Shown: positions 27,186 to 36,737, counted from the stretch's first letter. The stretch is DNA of 64,000 bases from Bacillota bacterium (GCA_009779975.1 WRAY01000012.1:1-64000), one strand, 5' to 3'. A program made the numbers and translations. Notes: generated by a model not told the origin, from the sequence alone.

Positions 27186-28835
27186 ATGTTACCTTCGATA
27201 TTTTCGTCCATTGCCGACTTGATGACGGTTCCGAATCAGTGGCCTTGGCAAAGATTATTATTAAATGTTTTTGCATTTATTCAAAACTATGGTTGGAGAG
27301 TTGTTCTCTTCACCGTGCTTTTGAATGTTGCAATCGCCCCCTTAGAGATTTATTCGCGTTTTAAAATGTTTAAAAACCAGCGGATAATGAAAAAAATAAA
27401 ACCCGAGACTGAAGCACTTCAAATGAAGTATGGTCACGACAAAAGACTGCTATTTCAAAAAACAAGAGAACTGAACAAAAGAGAAGGCGTTTCAATGTTC
27501 GCATCGTGTTTGCCAATGCTTGTGACAATGGGACTATTCATTTGGCTCATTCAAAGTTTCAACGGTGTTTCGCAATACATGATAATGCGGCAATACCTTA
27601 CCATGAATGACATTTTTGAGGCTGCTCACGGACACCAAAGAAATCAACTTGAACAGAGATTAGACAGGTTTGAAGAAGACGGTTATAGAATTGGAAACTA
27701 TAATGCATCCGGAGATTTTGTTATTGCACGAGCGCATGATAATTATATATTTAGTGCTGACGGCGAAAGAGTATTTGTAATCAGAGGATTTCAAGATCCA
27801 ACACGACCGCATTCAAACGATAACAGAAGAATTGCCCGCTATTCTAATGAGGCTGAAACCTATATGAATATGTCAAGTCCGGTTCGATTTGCTCAAGAAG
27901 CGGTTAGAGATGTCTATATGGGAAATATTGATGAAATAGACTATGGTTTTAGAACAGCACCTTTATTTGATGTCAGGATATATTATGTCTATGGAGATAG
28001 CGGCTTTGTTGAGGGTGAAAATCAATATAGAACAGAGTCTCTAAACCTTACTCGATATCTCGATCACCTCGGTGATGAAATGAGGACAGGCTTTTTGTGG
28101 GTAGAAAATGTGTGGTCGCCGGATGTTCCATGGCGTGAGCCAATACTTGACCATGGTCAATTTTTGGGTTCAATCGGAAGATATGGCGACAGGGAAACAG
28201 GTTGGGAACTAAGCGGATTTGAACGCCAAACAGATTTTGATACTGTTGTTCTCGATGAGGCACACTACAACAGAGTAACGCATTTCTTGCGTGGAGAACA
28301 TTCCGCACTAAGAGGTGCAAACGGATTTTTAATATTGCCGATTTTTGCGATTATCTTCATGGGGGCATCACAATTTTTGATGATGCGTCAGCAAAAGAAA
28401 TCAGGACAAATGGACATGGCAGGAATGGGTGGCGGCGGTGCTGCCGGCGGCGGCGGTGCGATGAAAATGATGCAATACATCATGCCGCTTATGATGGGTG
28501 TTTTTGCACTGTTCCAATCGGTCGTTTTCACAATGTATATCATAACAAACTCAGTAATGCGTATGTTAATCAATCTTGCGACAACAGGGGCGTTGACATG
28601 GTGGTACAAACGAAAAGACGCTCACCTCTATGCCGACACGGACGGAGATGACGATGATTTAAAAAGTGAAAAAGGCTATGAAAAACTGGAAGAAGGCGAG
28701 ATGACAAGAAAAGAAAGAAAAGAAAAAAGACAATCAGGCGATGAAGGAAGAGTTTTAAAATACGGAAGACAAGCCCCGACAGAAGTGGTGAAGAAAGAGG
28801 AAGGGGAGAAAAAGAAGAAGAAATTTAAATTATAA
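27186..28835 (+). CDS. yidC: membrane protein insertase YidC/Oxa1 family with ~250-aa extracytoplasmic insertion and Gly/Lys-rich C-tail
   Basis: Conserved TM2-C1-TM3 (RVVLFTVLLNVAIAPLEIYSRFKM...KPETEALQMKYG...MFASCLPMLVTMGLFIWL) and a C-terminal TM bundle. A large hydrophilic insertion (about residues 135-385) sits between TM3 and TM4. The tail carries GMGGGGAAGGGGAM and KKEEGEKKKKKFKL. Confidence 0.75.
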   Translation: MLPSIFSSIADLMTVPNQWPWQRLLLNVFAFIQNYGWRVVLFTVLLNVAIAPLEIYSRFKMFKNQRIMKKIKPETEALQMKYGHDKRLLFQKTRELNKREGVSMFASCLPMLVTMGLFIWLIQSFNGVSQYMIMRQYLTMNDIFEAAHGHQRNQLEQRLDRFEEDGYRIGNYNASGDFVIARAHDNYIFSADGERVFVIRGFQDPTRPHSNDNRRIARYSNEAETYMNMSSPVRFAQEAVRDVYMGNIDEIDYGFRTAPLFDVRIYYVYGDSGFVEGENQYRTESLNLTRYLDHLGDEMRTGFLWVENVWSPDVPWREPILDHGQFLGSIGRYGDRETGWELSGFERQTDFDTVVLDEAHYNRVTHFLRGEHSALRGANGFLILPIFAIIFMGASQFLMMRQQKKSGQMDMAGMGGGGAAGGGGAMKMMQYIMPLMMGVFALFQSVVFTMYIITNSVMRMLINLATTGALTWWYKRKDAHLYADTDGDDDDLKSEKGYEKLEEGEMTRKERKEKRQSGDEGRVLKYGRQAPTEVVKKEEGEKKKKKFKL

Positions 28836-28838
28836 TTT

Positions 28839-28913
28839 GATGATTTGTGATTGGTGAATGTGATTTTTTAATTTTAAATTTATCAACCACTAATCACTAA
28901 TCACCAATCACTA
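28839..28913. repeat. hairpin element, family B
   Basis: TGATTTGTGATTGGTGAATGTGATT-loop-AACCACTAATCACTAATCACCAATCACTA, immediately after the yidC stop. Confidence 0.55.
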
Positions 28914-28933
28914 AAAATACGGAGTATTTTCAT

Positions 28934-29935
28934 ATGAACGAGACAATTGAAGTTGTTGCAAAAGATGTGGCACAAGCCATTGAACTGGGCATGGCGAGAC
29001 TTAGTGCTAACATAAGTGAAGTTGAAGTTAAAGTTCTCTCTCACGGAGGCTTTTTCAAGAGTGCAAAAATTCTAATCGCAAAAGGTAAAATAACTGACCC
29101 TGGCGAACAAATAAAAACTGCGGGAACAACTTCTAGTCATCCGCAAACAAAAAATAAAGAGCAAAAGCCTGCTGCTACAAATGTCCAACAAAAACCTGCA
29201 GGGACGGTCATGGACCGCCCGAACAATAAAAATGAGCAGCACCCCCAGCAAAAACATGCAGGGGCTGTTTCTGACCGTCCGAATAATAAGCCCGAACAAC
29301 GCTCAGAACCTCGTCAAGGACAAAAACCTACAGGTGCGGATGCCCTCGTTCGAGCGAATAACAGACCGGAACCACGCACTCAACAGCACCAATCTCAAAA
29401 ACAATCTCCAATAACGCCGCACTCCGCTCCACACACTCCGCATTCTAATCCTCAACTATCAACCACAAACAATCATTCACCCAAACAAAAGCCAAAAGCA
29501 TCACCGGAACAAGCAAAAAAAGTCGCTGACTACATTCAAGGACTTATCACAAAAATGGGAATTGAAGGCGAGGTAGCGTTTGAAATAAGAGAAGATGTTG
29601 AAATTGAAATCAAAACTCAAGATGCATCCGCAATTGGCTACAAAGGCGAAACACTAGGGGCATTAGAACTATTGGCAAATGCCTTTTCAGGCGATGATGC
29701 ATCAGTAATTATCGACTCATTAGGCTATCGTCAAAAAAGAATAAATATTCTAAAATCAGTTGCCGACAAAACTGCCGAAAAGGCGCTCCGCATTGGCAAG
29801 AAAGTATTCTTAGAGCCTATGGACAACCGTGAAAGAAAAATCATTCACGCATACCTTGAAAACCACCCAAGAGTTATCTCAAAGTCGGAAGGAAATGACG
29901 CTAATAGGAGAGTGGTTATTATACCGAAAAAATAA
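28934..29935 (+). CDS. jag: Jag/KhpB-like RNA-binding protein (Jag_N, KH and R3H domains) with long Q/P-rich low-complexity linker
   Basis: N-terminus MNETIEVVAKDVAQAIELGMARLS... is Jag_N. The C-terminus ...KIIHAYLENHPRVISKSEGNDANRRVVIIPKK is R3H. About 150 aa of linker carry repeats (DRPNNK.EQ). Confidence 0.75.
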   Translation: MNETIEVVAKDVAQAIELGMARLSANISEVEVKVLSHGGFFKSAKILIAKGKITDPGEQIKTAGTTSSHPQTKNKEQKPAATNVQQKPAGTVMDRPNNKNEQHPQQKHAGAVSDRPNNKPEQRSEPRQGQKPTGADALVRANNRPEPRTQQHQSQKQSPITPHSAPHTPHSNPQLSTTNNHSPKQKPKASPEQAKKVADYIQGLITKMGIEGEVAFEIREDVEIEIKTQDASAIGYKGETLGALELLANAFSGDDASVIIDSLGYRQKRINILKSVADKTAEKALRIGKKVFLEPMDNRERKIIHAYLENHPRVISKSEGNDANRRVVIIPKK

Positions 29936-30170
29936 CGAATAACGCTAAGCGCATAACGTATAATGAATGATTATTTATAATAGAAGCAAACCAACTTGGT
30001 TGCAAGGGTTGGTTTGCGACAACCTCAAAAGGTATAAAACCCCGACGCTTGCGTCGGAAGGAAACGCCGAAGGCGTTTCGGGTGTAGGGCTCGCCCTGCG
30101 GTTTATTACCTTTTATTTAATTTAATTCTAACTGTCGTTATGCGTTATGTGTTATGAGTTATGCGTTAAA
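29934..30170. repeat. composite element: family D (GCATAACGC heptamer) inverted termini enclosing a GC-rich multi-hairpin core (candidate small RNA)
   Basis: Termini TAACGCTAAGCGCATAACG / CGTTATGCGTTATGTGTTATGAGTTATGCGTTA. Core hairpins CAAACCAAC..GTTGGTTTG, CGACG-CUUG-CGUCG, GAAACGCC-GAAG-GGCGUUUC and GTAGGGCTCGCCCTGCG. Confidence 0.45.
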
Positions 30171-30172
30171 AC

Positions 30173-30901
30173 ATGCTTCAACTCTGCACCCTCTCTTCTT
30201 CATCAAAAGGAAATTCGATTTTCATCGGCTCGCAAAAGACTTCACTTTTAATTGATTGCGGGATACCTCTTGGTAGATTGGAGAAAAGTTTAAAAGTTTT
30301 GGGCAAACGAGCGGACAATTTGAACTTAACAATAACGCATGACCACACTGACCACACCAGCGGAGTAGGGAGACTAATCGAAAAATACAAAGCGATTTTG
30401 AAACGAGACACTCAGGATTTCACTGTCGGCGATCTTCTTGTTTCGCCTTTCAAAGTTCCTCATGACATTGAATGCTATGGCTTTTCGGTTCATCACAAAA
30501 ACTCAAAAATCAGCGTTTTGACGGACTTAGGAGAAATTGAAAACGAAGCCTTAAAACGCATATCAGACAGCGATATAGTAGTAATTGAAGCCAATCATGA
30601 CGAAAGACTAGTCCAAGAAAATCGCTGCTATCCCTATCATCTCAAAAAAAGAATACTATCATCATATGGACATCTGTCAAACCGAGATTGCGCTAAAGCC
30701 TGTTTATACCTTGTTCAAAGCGGTGTAAAACAAATTATTCTCGCCCATTTAAGTGAGAGCAACAACTATCCGGAACTAGCCTTTAGAACAGTAGTCGACT
30801 ATTTATATCAACATGGAGTAGCGGAAGGTGAAGATGTGAAAATTGAAGTTGCCGGAGCAAATAGAATGTCAGGTTTATATGAGGTAAAAGGTAATAAATG
30901 A
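30173..30901 (+). CDS. MBL-fold metallo-hydrolase
   Basis: THDHTDHTSGV (HxHxDH) is the metallo-beta-lactamase fold signature. Confidence 0.7.
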   Translation: MLQLCTLSSSSKGNSIFIGSQKTSLLIDCGIPLGRLEKSLKVLGKRADNLNLTITHDHTDHTSGVGRLIEKYKAILKRDTQDFTVGDLLVSPFKVPHDIECYGFSVHHKNSKISVLTDLGEIENEALKRISDSDIVVIEANHDERLVQENRCYPYHLKKRILSSYGHLSNRDCAKACLYLVQSGVKQIILAHLSESNNYPELAFRTVVDYLYQHGVAEGEDVKIEVAGANRMSGLYEVKGNK

Positions 30902-31953
30902 AAATATCTGCCCAAAAATCATCTATTATTTTCCTTGTCGGAGTTGTTGTCTTTTTGGCGATTAATTTTATTGCCTCAAGTATCATTTCGTCCGTTCATG
31001 GAGGCAGACACACGCAATCGGAAATAATCGCATCAATTTTTATTCAAGTTTCTCTTCTTGCTGTGTTTTTTATTTTCACGAAAGTTGGAAAAAGCAAACT
31101 GCCATACTCATTCAAATTTGATGTCAATCCAACTCGAAACAAAAACAATCTTATAATCATCTTGCTTACTCCCGTTATTGCTCTTTTTTCACTCTTAGCG
31201 TTTTATGGTCCGACATTAGGCTTTGAGTTATTGCTTCAAAGTATGGGCTACTCTCCGCCGCCAACTCTTGAGATGAACACCGCCGCCGAGATGGTTTTGG
31301 GAGTTCTTCTCATCGTTGTTTTTGCCGCAGTTTGTGAAGAGTTTTTCATACGCGGTGGATTGATGAGCGGACTTCACAACAAATATGGAGCAAAATATGC
31401 CGTTATAGTCACTGCTTTTGCGTTTTCACTAATGCACATGAACCCCTCACAAACAGTTTTTCAATTCGGTCTGGGGATTGTCATCGGAATTTTGGTGATA
31501 CGAACAATGAGCATCTTGCCTGCAATACTTCTGCACGCTTTTTCAAATTCTTATGCTCTCATTATCTATAATACTTCTATCGCACAAGGACTGGAAAATT
31601 TTATTCTAGGAGATAGAACATGGTTAGTAGTTTTAACTTTCATAACTTTATCATTAGTATTCGGAGCAGGTTTATTTTTCCTCTTTAAATATCTTTTTAA
31701 ATCTAAACCCGAGACAATCAAAATCGAGACAGATGACAAAACCGACATATCAAAAAAAGTTTTTTCAGAGCCGCCAAATGTTACTCCTGCAAAAGACGGC
31801 ACAACCTTCATAACAAAAGAGAAATTCCATCAAAAACCTTCAGTTGCCTCGTCAGAGAGCGGAGCAGACAGATTAATCTTCTATGCCGGAATTGCTATCT
31901 GTGGCTTTATGTGGTTAATCAGCCTTTTAATGGGCTTTGGAATGTTTGGTTAA
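30898..31953 (+). CDS. CPBP-family (CAAX/Abi) intramembrane glutamic endopeptidase
   Basis: Polytopic. CEEFFIRGGL (EExxxR) and FSLMHM / AFSN motifs. Confidence 0.7.
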   Translation: MKISAQKSSIIFLVGVVVFLAINFIASSIISSVHGGRHTQSEIIASIFIQVSLLAVFFIFTKVGKSKLPYSFKFDVNPTRNKNNLIIILLTPVIALFSLLAFYGPTLGFELLLQSMGYSPPPTLEMNTAAEMVLGVLLIVVFAAVCEEFFIRGGLMSGLHNKYGAKYAVIVTAFAFSLMHMNPSQTVFQFGLGIVIGILVIRTMSILPAILLHAFSNSYALIIYNTSIAQGLENFILGDRTWLVVLTFITLSLVFGAGLFFLFKYLFKSKPETIKIETDDKTDISKKVFSEPPNVTPAKDGTTFITKEKFHQKPSVASSESGADRLIFYAGIAICGFMWLISLLMGFGMFG

Positions 31954-31976
31954 ATGAAAATATGGAGTAAATTTAA

Positions 31977-32267
31977 ATGAAAAAATCATTTGTATATATT
32001 CTATTTAATCAGAAAAACGGAACATTATATACGGGTGTTACCGGCAACTTAATAAGCAGAGTTTTGCAGCACAAAGAAAAATTAGTGCAAGGTTTCACAA
32101 AAAAATATGAAGTTGGCAAACTAGGATATTAAGAAATTTTTGGTGATGTTAAGTTGGCAATTGAAAGAGAAAAACAAATCAAGGCTGGCTCAAGAAAAGA
32201 TAAGTTAGAACTCATAGAACAAATGAATTCGCTTTGGAAAGATTTGTATTATGATATCATAAGATAA
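31977..32267 (+). pseudogene. GIY-YIG nuclease family protein (YhbQ/UPF0213-like) interrupted by an in-frame TAA
   Basis: MKKSFVYILFNQKNGTLYTGVTGNLISRVLQHKEKLVQGFTKKYEVGKLGY-TAA(32130)-EIFGDVKLAIEREKQIKAGSRKDKLELIEQ. The same frame is open on both sides of the stop. GGAG RBS upstream. Confidence 0.6.
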
Positions 32268-32339
32268 GTGGAACATATTTTAGACAATTTTTAGATTTTT
32301 TTAGTAGTGGTTAGGATTTAAAGAAAATATTTGTTTTTA

Positions 32340-32535
32340 CATCGTCATTGCGAGGAGTTGCGGAGCAATTAGCAAAAAGAAAACATGGGATGACTGCAAC
32401 GACGAAGCAATCCAGTAATGACAGCGGAAAGGAACTCTCGAAAGGCATTCATAACCGGATTGCTTCGTTCGCACGGTAACGCATCGTTCCTACCTATCAA
32501 GCAAATTATTCCGTGCTTCCTTCGCAATGACGGTA
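32340..32535. repeat. MITE-like element with terminal inverted repeats CGTCATTGCGAGG / CCTTCGCAATGACGG and a long internal palindrome
   Basis: The TIRs are 13-15 bp. The internal inverted repeat is GCAACGACGAAGCAATCC / GGATTGCTTCGTTCGC. No ORF. Confidence 0.5.
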
Positions 32536-32571
32536 TTAAAATAAAAAATATTATAAGAGTTGGTAAAAACT

Positions 32572-33750
32572 ATGAAAAATGATATTGTAGTCTACAACAA
32601 AAAATCAAATGCTCTTACCCTCCTTAACGGACAGCAGGGAATAACAGAGCAAAAGCGTTATCGTGTCATTGGCGTGATGATGTTTTGCGTTGCGTGTTCA
32701 CTCCTCATCATGCGAATTCTAATGACGCTTATTGCGCCTTTTATTTTCTCGACAGACCTCTCTCCATATTCGCAAAACGCAATAATTGATGTTATCTTTT
32801 CAATTCCTGTTCAAATCCTCGCTCTTGTTGTTATGCCGATGTTGTTCTACAAATTCGGACTAAAAATGAACTTTAAGCAAATGGTGAGGTTTTCAAACTT
32901 TCGTCACACAAAATGGTATAACTATGCTTTATCAGTTGTCATCGGCGGTGTCGGGCTTTTTGTTGTCATTGGGGTTAGCCTTATTTGGCAAATCATTATC
33001 ACTCAATTAGGCTGGTCAGGCGGCGGCGGCGGCTCAGTGTTTCCGGAAACATTCAACTTCGGATTTTTTGCTCTCGCCATATTTTTGACAGGTGTCCTTC
33101 CCGGATTTTGTGAAGAGTTCACAATGCGCGGCGGCTTTATGAACACCATTCGGGGAAGTTTTCGTTTTCCTGTGACAATCGTTTTAATGGGTGTTGCATT
33201 CGGCTTATTTCATCAAAACATAACCCAAGTCTTTTTTACTTTCTTGATGGGCATACTCCTTGCCGCAATAACAATAAAACTAAGGTCAATTTGGCCGGCA
33301 ATTATTATCCATTTTATCAATAACGCATTCAGTGTCTACCTTTCTTATGCTTCGCATTATGGCTGGTGGTTCATGGGCGGATATTGGGATGTTATTTTGA
33401 GGCTTGCAGACAACGCATTCTTGTTCTATTTTGTTTTTATAGTAATTTGTGCGCTCTACTTGGGGCTTTGCACTGCACTATTCCTTCTCAACTCAAACAA
33501 ACGACTGGAGAAAAAGAAAGAAGTTCTCCTAGACTCAGGCTTTGATGTAACAAACAAAAAAGTAGTATTGGTAGGCGAACACACTGACGAAGAAATCAAA
33601 GAACTGGATCTTGAAAAAGAAGTTCACGGCGAAACAAAAAAAGAAAACCTCTACAAACCTTCAGTTCGAGACAATGCTTTCTACATCGGCGCAATAGTAA
33701 TCGCAAGTTTAACAACAATATTTACCTTTATTTGGGGAGTGGTAATTTAA
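32572..33750 (+). CDS. CPBP-family (CAAX/Abi) intramembrane glutamic endopeptidase, second paralogue
   Basis: FCEEFTMRGGF (EExxxR) and FGLFHQN / HFINN motifs. Polytopic. The frame is open from a TTG at 32560. Confidence 0.7.
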   Translation: MKNDIVVYNKKSNALTLLNGQQGITEQKRYRVIGVMMFCVACSLLIMRILMTLIAPFIFSTDLSPYSQNAIIDVIFSIPVQILALVVMPMLFYKFGLKMNFKQMVRFSNFRHTKWYNYALSVVIGGVGLFVVIGVSLIWQIIITQLGWSGGGGGSVFPETFNFGFFALAIFLTGVLPGFCEEFTMRGGFMNTIRGSFRFPVTIVLMGVAFGLFHQNITQVFFTFLMGILLAAITIKLRSIWPAIIIHFINNAFSVYLSYASHYGWWFMGGYWDVILRLADNAFLFYFVFIVICALYLGLCTALFLLNSNKRLEKKKEVLLDSGFDVTNKKVVLVGEHTDEEIKELDLEKEVHGETKKENLYKPSVRDNAFYIGAIVIASLTTIFTFIWGVVI

Positions 33751-33845
33751 TGCATAACGCACAACGCATAACGCAAAATGATTGTAAAAATTGAAAAAAA
33801 TACAATTTAATCGTCATTATGCTGTATGCGTTGTGCGTTGTGCAT
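33751..33845. repeat. inverted-repeat element, family D (GCATAACGC-type)
   Basis: TGCATAACGCACAACGCATAACGCAAAATGATTGT ... ATCGTCATTATGCTGTATGCGTTGTGCGTTGTGCAT. Confidence 0.55.
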
Positions 33846-33919
33846 TAAAATCGCTTGCTCTTTAGTCGCATTTTGTGGTATAATTAATATATAAAAAAAA
33901 GAGGAGTTACCCTAAAAAT

Positions 33920-35506
33920 ATGAAAACAACCTTGCATCACGCACCGCAAAGAACCTATTTCACCGCAAAGAGAATATCACTTGACAAGCCTCTCATTGCG
34001 ATTTTGAACCCAATATCTGAGTTGGACTTATCGTTTATTTATTTCAATAAAATACTCGAAGGCTTAAAAGCAGGTATTATTGAGGGCGGAGGTGAGCCGA
34101 TTGTTGTTAACATGCCATCAATCTATCCTCATGCCCAGTTCGGTCATGCAGGCGGAAAATTCTCACTTCCGATGAGGGAGGTTATAGCAGATAATGTCGA
34201 GGCGGCACTATCCGCTTTTGCCTATGATGGAGCAGTTCTCATCACAAATTCTGACATAGTCTCAGCAGGTTTCATGCTGGGGGCTCTTCGCATTAACACT
34301 CCTGCTATATTTTTTAATGTCGGGGCGTTGTATGGTGAGAAAAAAGAGAGTTTATATGACATCTACAAAGGAGTTGGAAAAGTTTCCGCCGGCTCACTCT
34401 CATTGGACAATTTGAAAAAATTGGAGGAGTTAACTCCATCTGATATTATCGACTCAAATCATGCAATGGCTTTAGTTATTGAAGCACTAGGACTATGCGT
34501 GACAAATTCGAGTTCTTCATCTTTTGAAGGCATTGAGAAAGTATCTTTAGCAAGAGAAACGGGGAGAGCAATTGTCCGCATGATAAAAGACGACATAACT
34601 CCTCGCATGATTTTGAAAAGAGAAAGTATTTTGAATGCAATAACTTTTGCGGTTTCTGCCGGTTTGCCGCTTGACACCTATATCCATCTTCTTGCTTTTG
34701 CAAATGCAATTGAGGCAGCAAAACTGGACTTAAACACTATCCAAACAATATCAGATAAAACTCCTGTGTTAGTAAAAGAGGGAACAAGAGTGGATGAGTT
34801 TCATGCATTAGGTTCAGTCATGGCAGTTTTACTTTCACTCAAAGAAAGAGGACTTCTTGATACCAATGCGTTGACATATCAAAACACACCGCTTATTGAA
34901 TCGCTCGAAAAAGCATTTGATAACGGTTTTAACAAAATTGACGAAAGTTTGTCAAACGCAGGAAGTGTTGTCATCATGAGAGGTAATCTCGCCGAAGACG
35001 GAGCATTTATTAAAAGACAGCAAACTTCTCAAACCTTTTCAGGAAAAGCAAAAGTCTATGACAGCGAAGAAGATGCTTTGGCGGCTATTAACGCCGGACA
35101 AATCAAAAAAGGGACAGTCGTTGTTGTTCGTTATGAAGGACCTGCGGGCGGGCCGGGCATGAGAGAACTGGTCGCACTCCCTGCACTTATTGAGGGAATG
35201 GGGCTTGCTGACGGCGTTGCACTCATCACTGACGGAAGAGTAAACGGAGCATCAAATGGAATGTTCATTTCTTCTGTTATGCCCGAGGCATATCGTGACG
35301 GAAAAATCGCCTTAGTCAAAGACGGCGACAAAATCGACATTGACCTAATCAAACAAAAAGTCCAACTAGATATCCCTTCAAAAGAATTATCCCAAAGAGG
35401 AAAAAAACACAAACCAAAAGACATCCTGACAACCGGTATGCTGTTAAGATATTCAAAACTAGTAACAAGTGCCCAAGATGGATGCACATATAGGAAGAAG
35501 TTTTAA
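33920..35506 (+). CDS. IlvD/EDD-family dehydratase homologue lacking the canonical Fe-S cysteine ligands
   Basis: Family-typical segments ALITDGRVNGASNGMFISSVMPEA and VVVVRYEGPAGGPGMRE. The CDKNMPG-equivalent reads ITNSDIVSAGF (no Cys). Only one Cys remains in the PGxC region (ALGLCVTNSSSSS). Confidence 0.55.
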   Translation: MKTTLHHAPQRTYFTAKRISLDKPLIAILNPISELDLSFIYFNKILEGLKAGIIEGGGEPIVVNMPSIYPHAQFGHAGGKFSLPMREVIADNVEAALSAFAYDGAVLITNSDIVSAGFMLGALRINTPAIFFNVGALYGEKKESLYDIYKGVGKVSAGSLSLDNLKKLEELTPSDIIDSNHAMALVIEALGLCVTNSSSSSFEGIEKVSLARETGRAIVRMIKDDITPRMILKRESILNAITFAVSAGLPLDTYIHLLAFANAIEAAKLDLNTIQTISDKTPVLVKEGTRVDEFHALGSVMAVLLSLKERGLLDTNALTYQNTPLIESLEKAFDNGFNKIDESLSNAGSVVIMRGNLAEDGAFIKRQQTSQTFSGKAKVYDSEEDALAAINAGQIKKGTVVVVRYEGPAGGPGMRELVALPALIEGMGLADGVALITDGRVNGASNGMFISSVMPEAYRDGKIALVKDGDKIDIDLIKQKVQLDIPSKELSQRGKKHKPKDILTTGMLLRYSKLVTSAQDGCTYRKKF

Positions 35507-35639
35507 TAAGTGAAAAGTGAAAGGTGCTGTTAAAGTTTTTTGTTAGTTAATAATTTTTTGTAGTTTTTAAAAAAATTATTTAACCTTACTTTTCACCTTT
35601 CACCTCTCATTTTTCACTTCAAAATCGGAGGTTTTACAA

Positions 35640-36737
35640 ATGAAAATAAATTTTGCAATTATCCGCGGAGACGGAGTTGGCAATGAATTGACAGCGGCGG
35701 CAGTCAGCGTCCTTGATGCGGTCTCACAGCAGTTTTCTCATGAATTTAACTATGAAACGGCATTGCTCGGCGGAGAAGCGTTTGACATTGAGGGAACTCC
35801 GATACCGGGAGAAACGCTTGAAATTTGCAAAAAAAGCGACGCAGTTTTAGTCGGCGCTGTTGGCGGTGTCAAATGGGAAGGAGAAAAACAACACCTAAGA
35901 CCCGAAAAAGGACTGTCAACCCTTAAAAAAGAACTGGGACTATTCACAGGAGTTCAGCCGATATTTTTGCATCAGCCTTTGCATGAATTTTCACCTTTAA
36001 AAAAAGAGGTATTCTCAAGGGGCTGTGATTTCGTTATTGTCAGAGAATTATCAGGCGGAATGTATTTTGGCGAAAGCGGTCACAGAAAAACTCAATTCGG
36101 TCAAGAAGCGTTTGACACTGAGGTCTATAATGTCAAAGAAATTGAAAGAATAGCAAGAGCAGCATTTGAAATGGCGCTGAAACGCCGAAAAAGACTTGTC
36201 AGCGTTGACAAAGCAAACATCATGGCAACAGGCAAATTGTGGAGAGCAACTGTTGAACACATCTCAAAAGACTACCCTGAAGTGCTTTTCACAAGTTTGT
36301 TGTTTGAAGAATGCGTTCAAAGAGTAATGGTTAATCCGTTTGAGTTTGATGTGATACTTGCTCCAAACATGCTCGGCGACTTATTGTCAAATGTTGCAGT
36401 AAGTTTAACCGGAATTCCTCAAACTTTGCCATGTTCTGCTATGGGTGAAAAAGGTGTTCGAAGGGGATTATATCGCTCGTTGCATCCTTCAAAAAACGAA
36501 AAAGAAGGACAAGATAAAGCAAACCCTGTCGGAACAATATTAGCATCCGCAATGATGCTCGCAAACTCATTCGACATGTTCGCCGAATGCATGGCAATCC
36601 AAATGGCAGTCCATAATGTCCTATCCGCAGGTTTCAGAACTCCCGACATCGCCTCAAAAAGAACAAGAACAGTTTCCTGCACCGAGTTCGGAGTGCAAGT
36701 TGCAATGAATATTTTGAGCGGAAGAAAGAGGAAATAA
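35640..36737 (+). CDS. divergent isocitrate/3-isopropylmalate dehydrogenase-family protein
   Basis: MKINFAIIRGDGVGNELT, VRELSGGMYFG, NMLGDLLSNV and KANPVGTILASAMML place it in the family. The HGSAPDIAG segment is replaced by HPSKNEKEGQD. Confidence 0.55.
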   Translation: MKINFAIIRGDGVGNELTAAAVSVLDAVSQQFSHEFNYETALLGGEAFDIEGTPIPGETLEICKKSDAVLVGAVGGVKWEGEKQHLRPEKGLSTLKKELGLFTGVQPIFLHQPLHEFSPLKKEVFSRGCDFVIVRELSGGMYFGESGHRKTQFGQEAFDTEVYNVKEIERIARAAFEMALKRRKRLVSVDKANIMATGKLWRATVEHISKDYPEVLFTSLLFEECVQRVMVNPFEFDVILAPNMLGDLLSNVAVSLTGIPQTLPCSAMGEKGVRRGLYRSLHPSKNEKEGQDKANPVGTILASAMMLANSFDMFAECMAIQMAVHNVLSAGFRTPDIASKRTRTVSCTEFGVQVAMNILSGRKRK

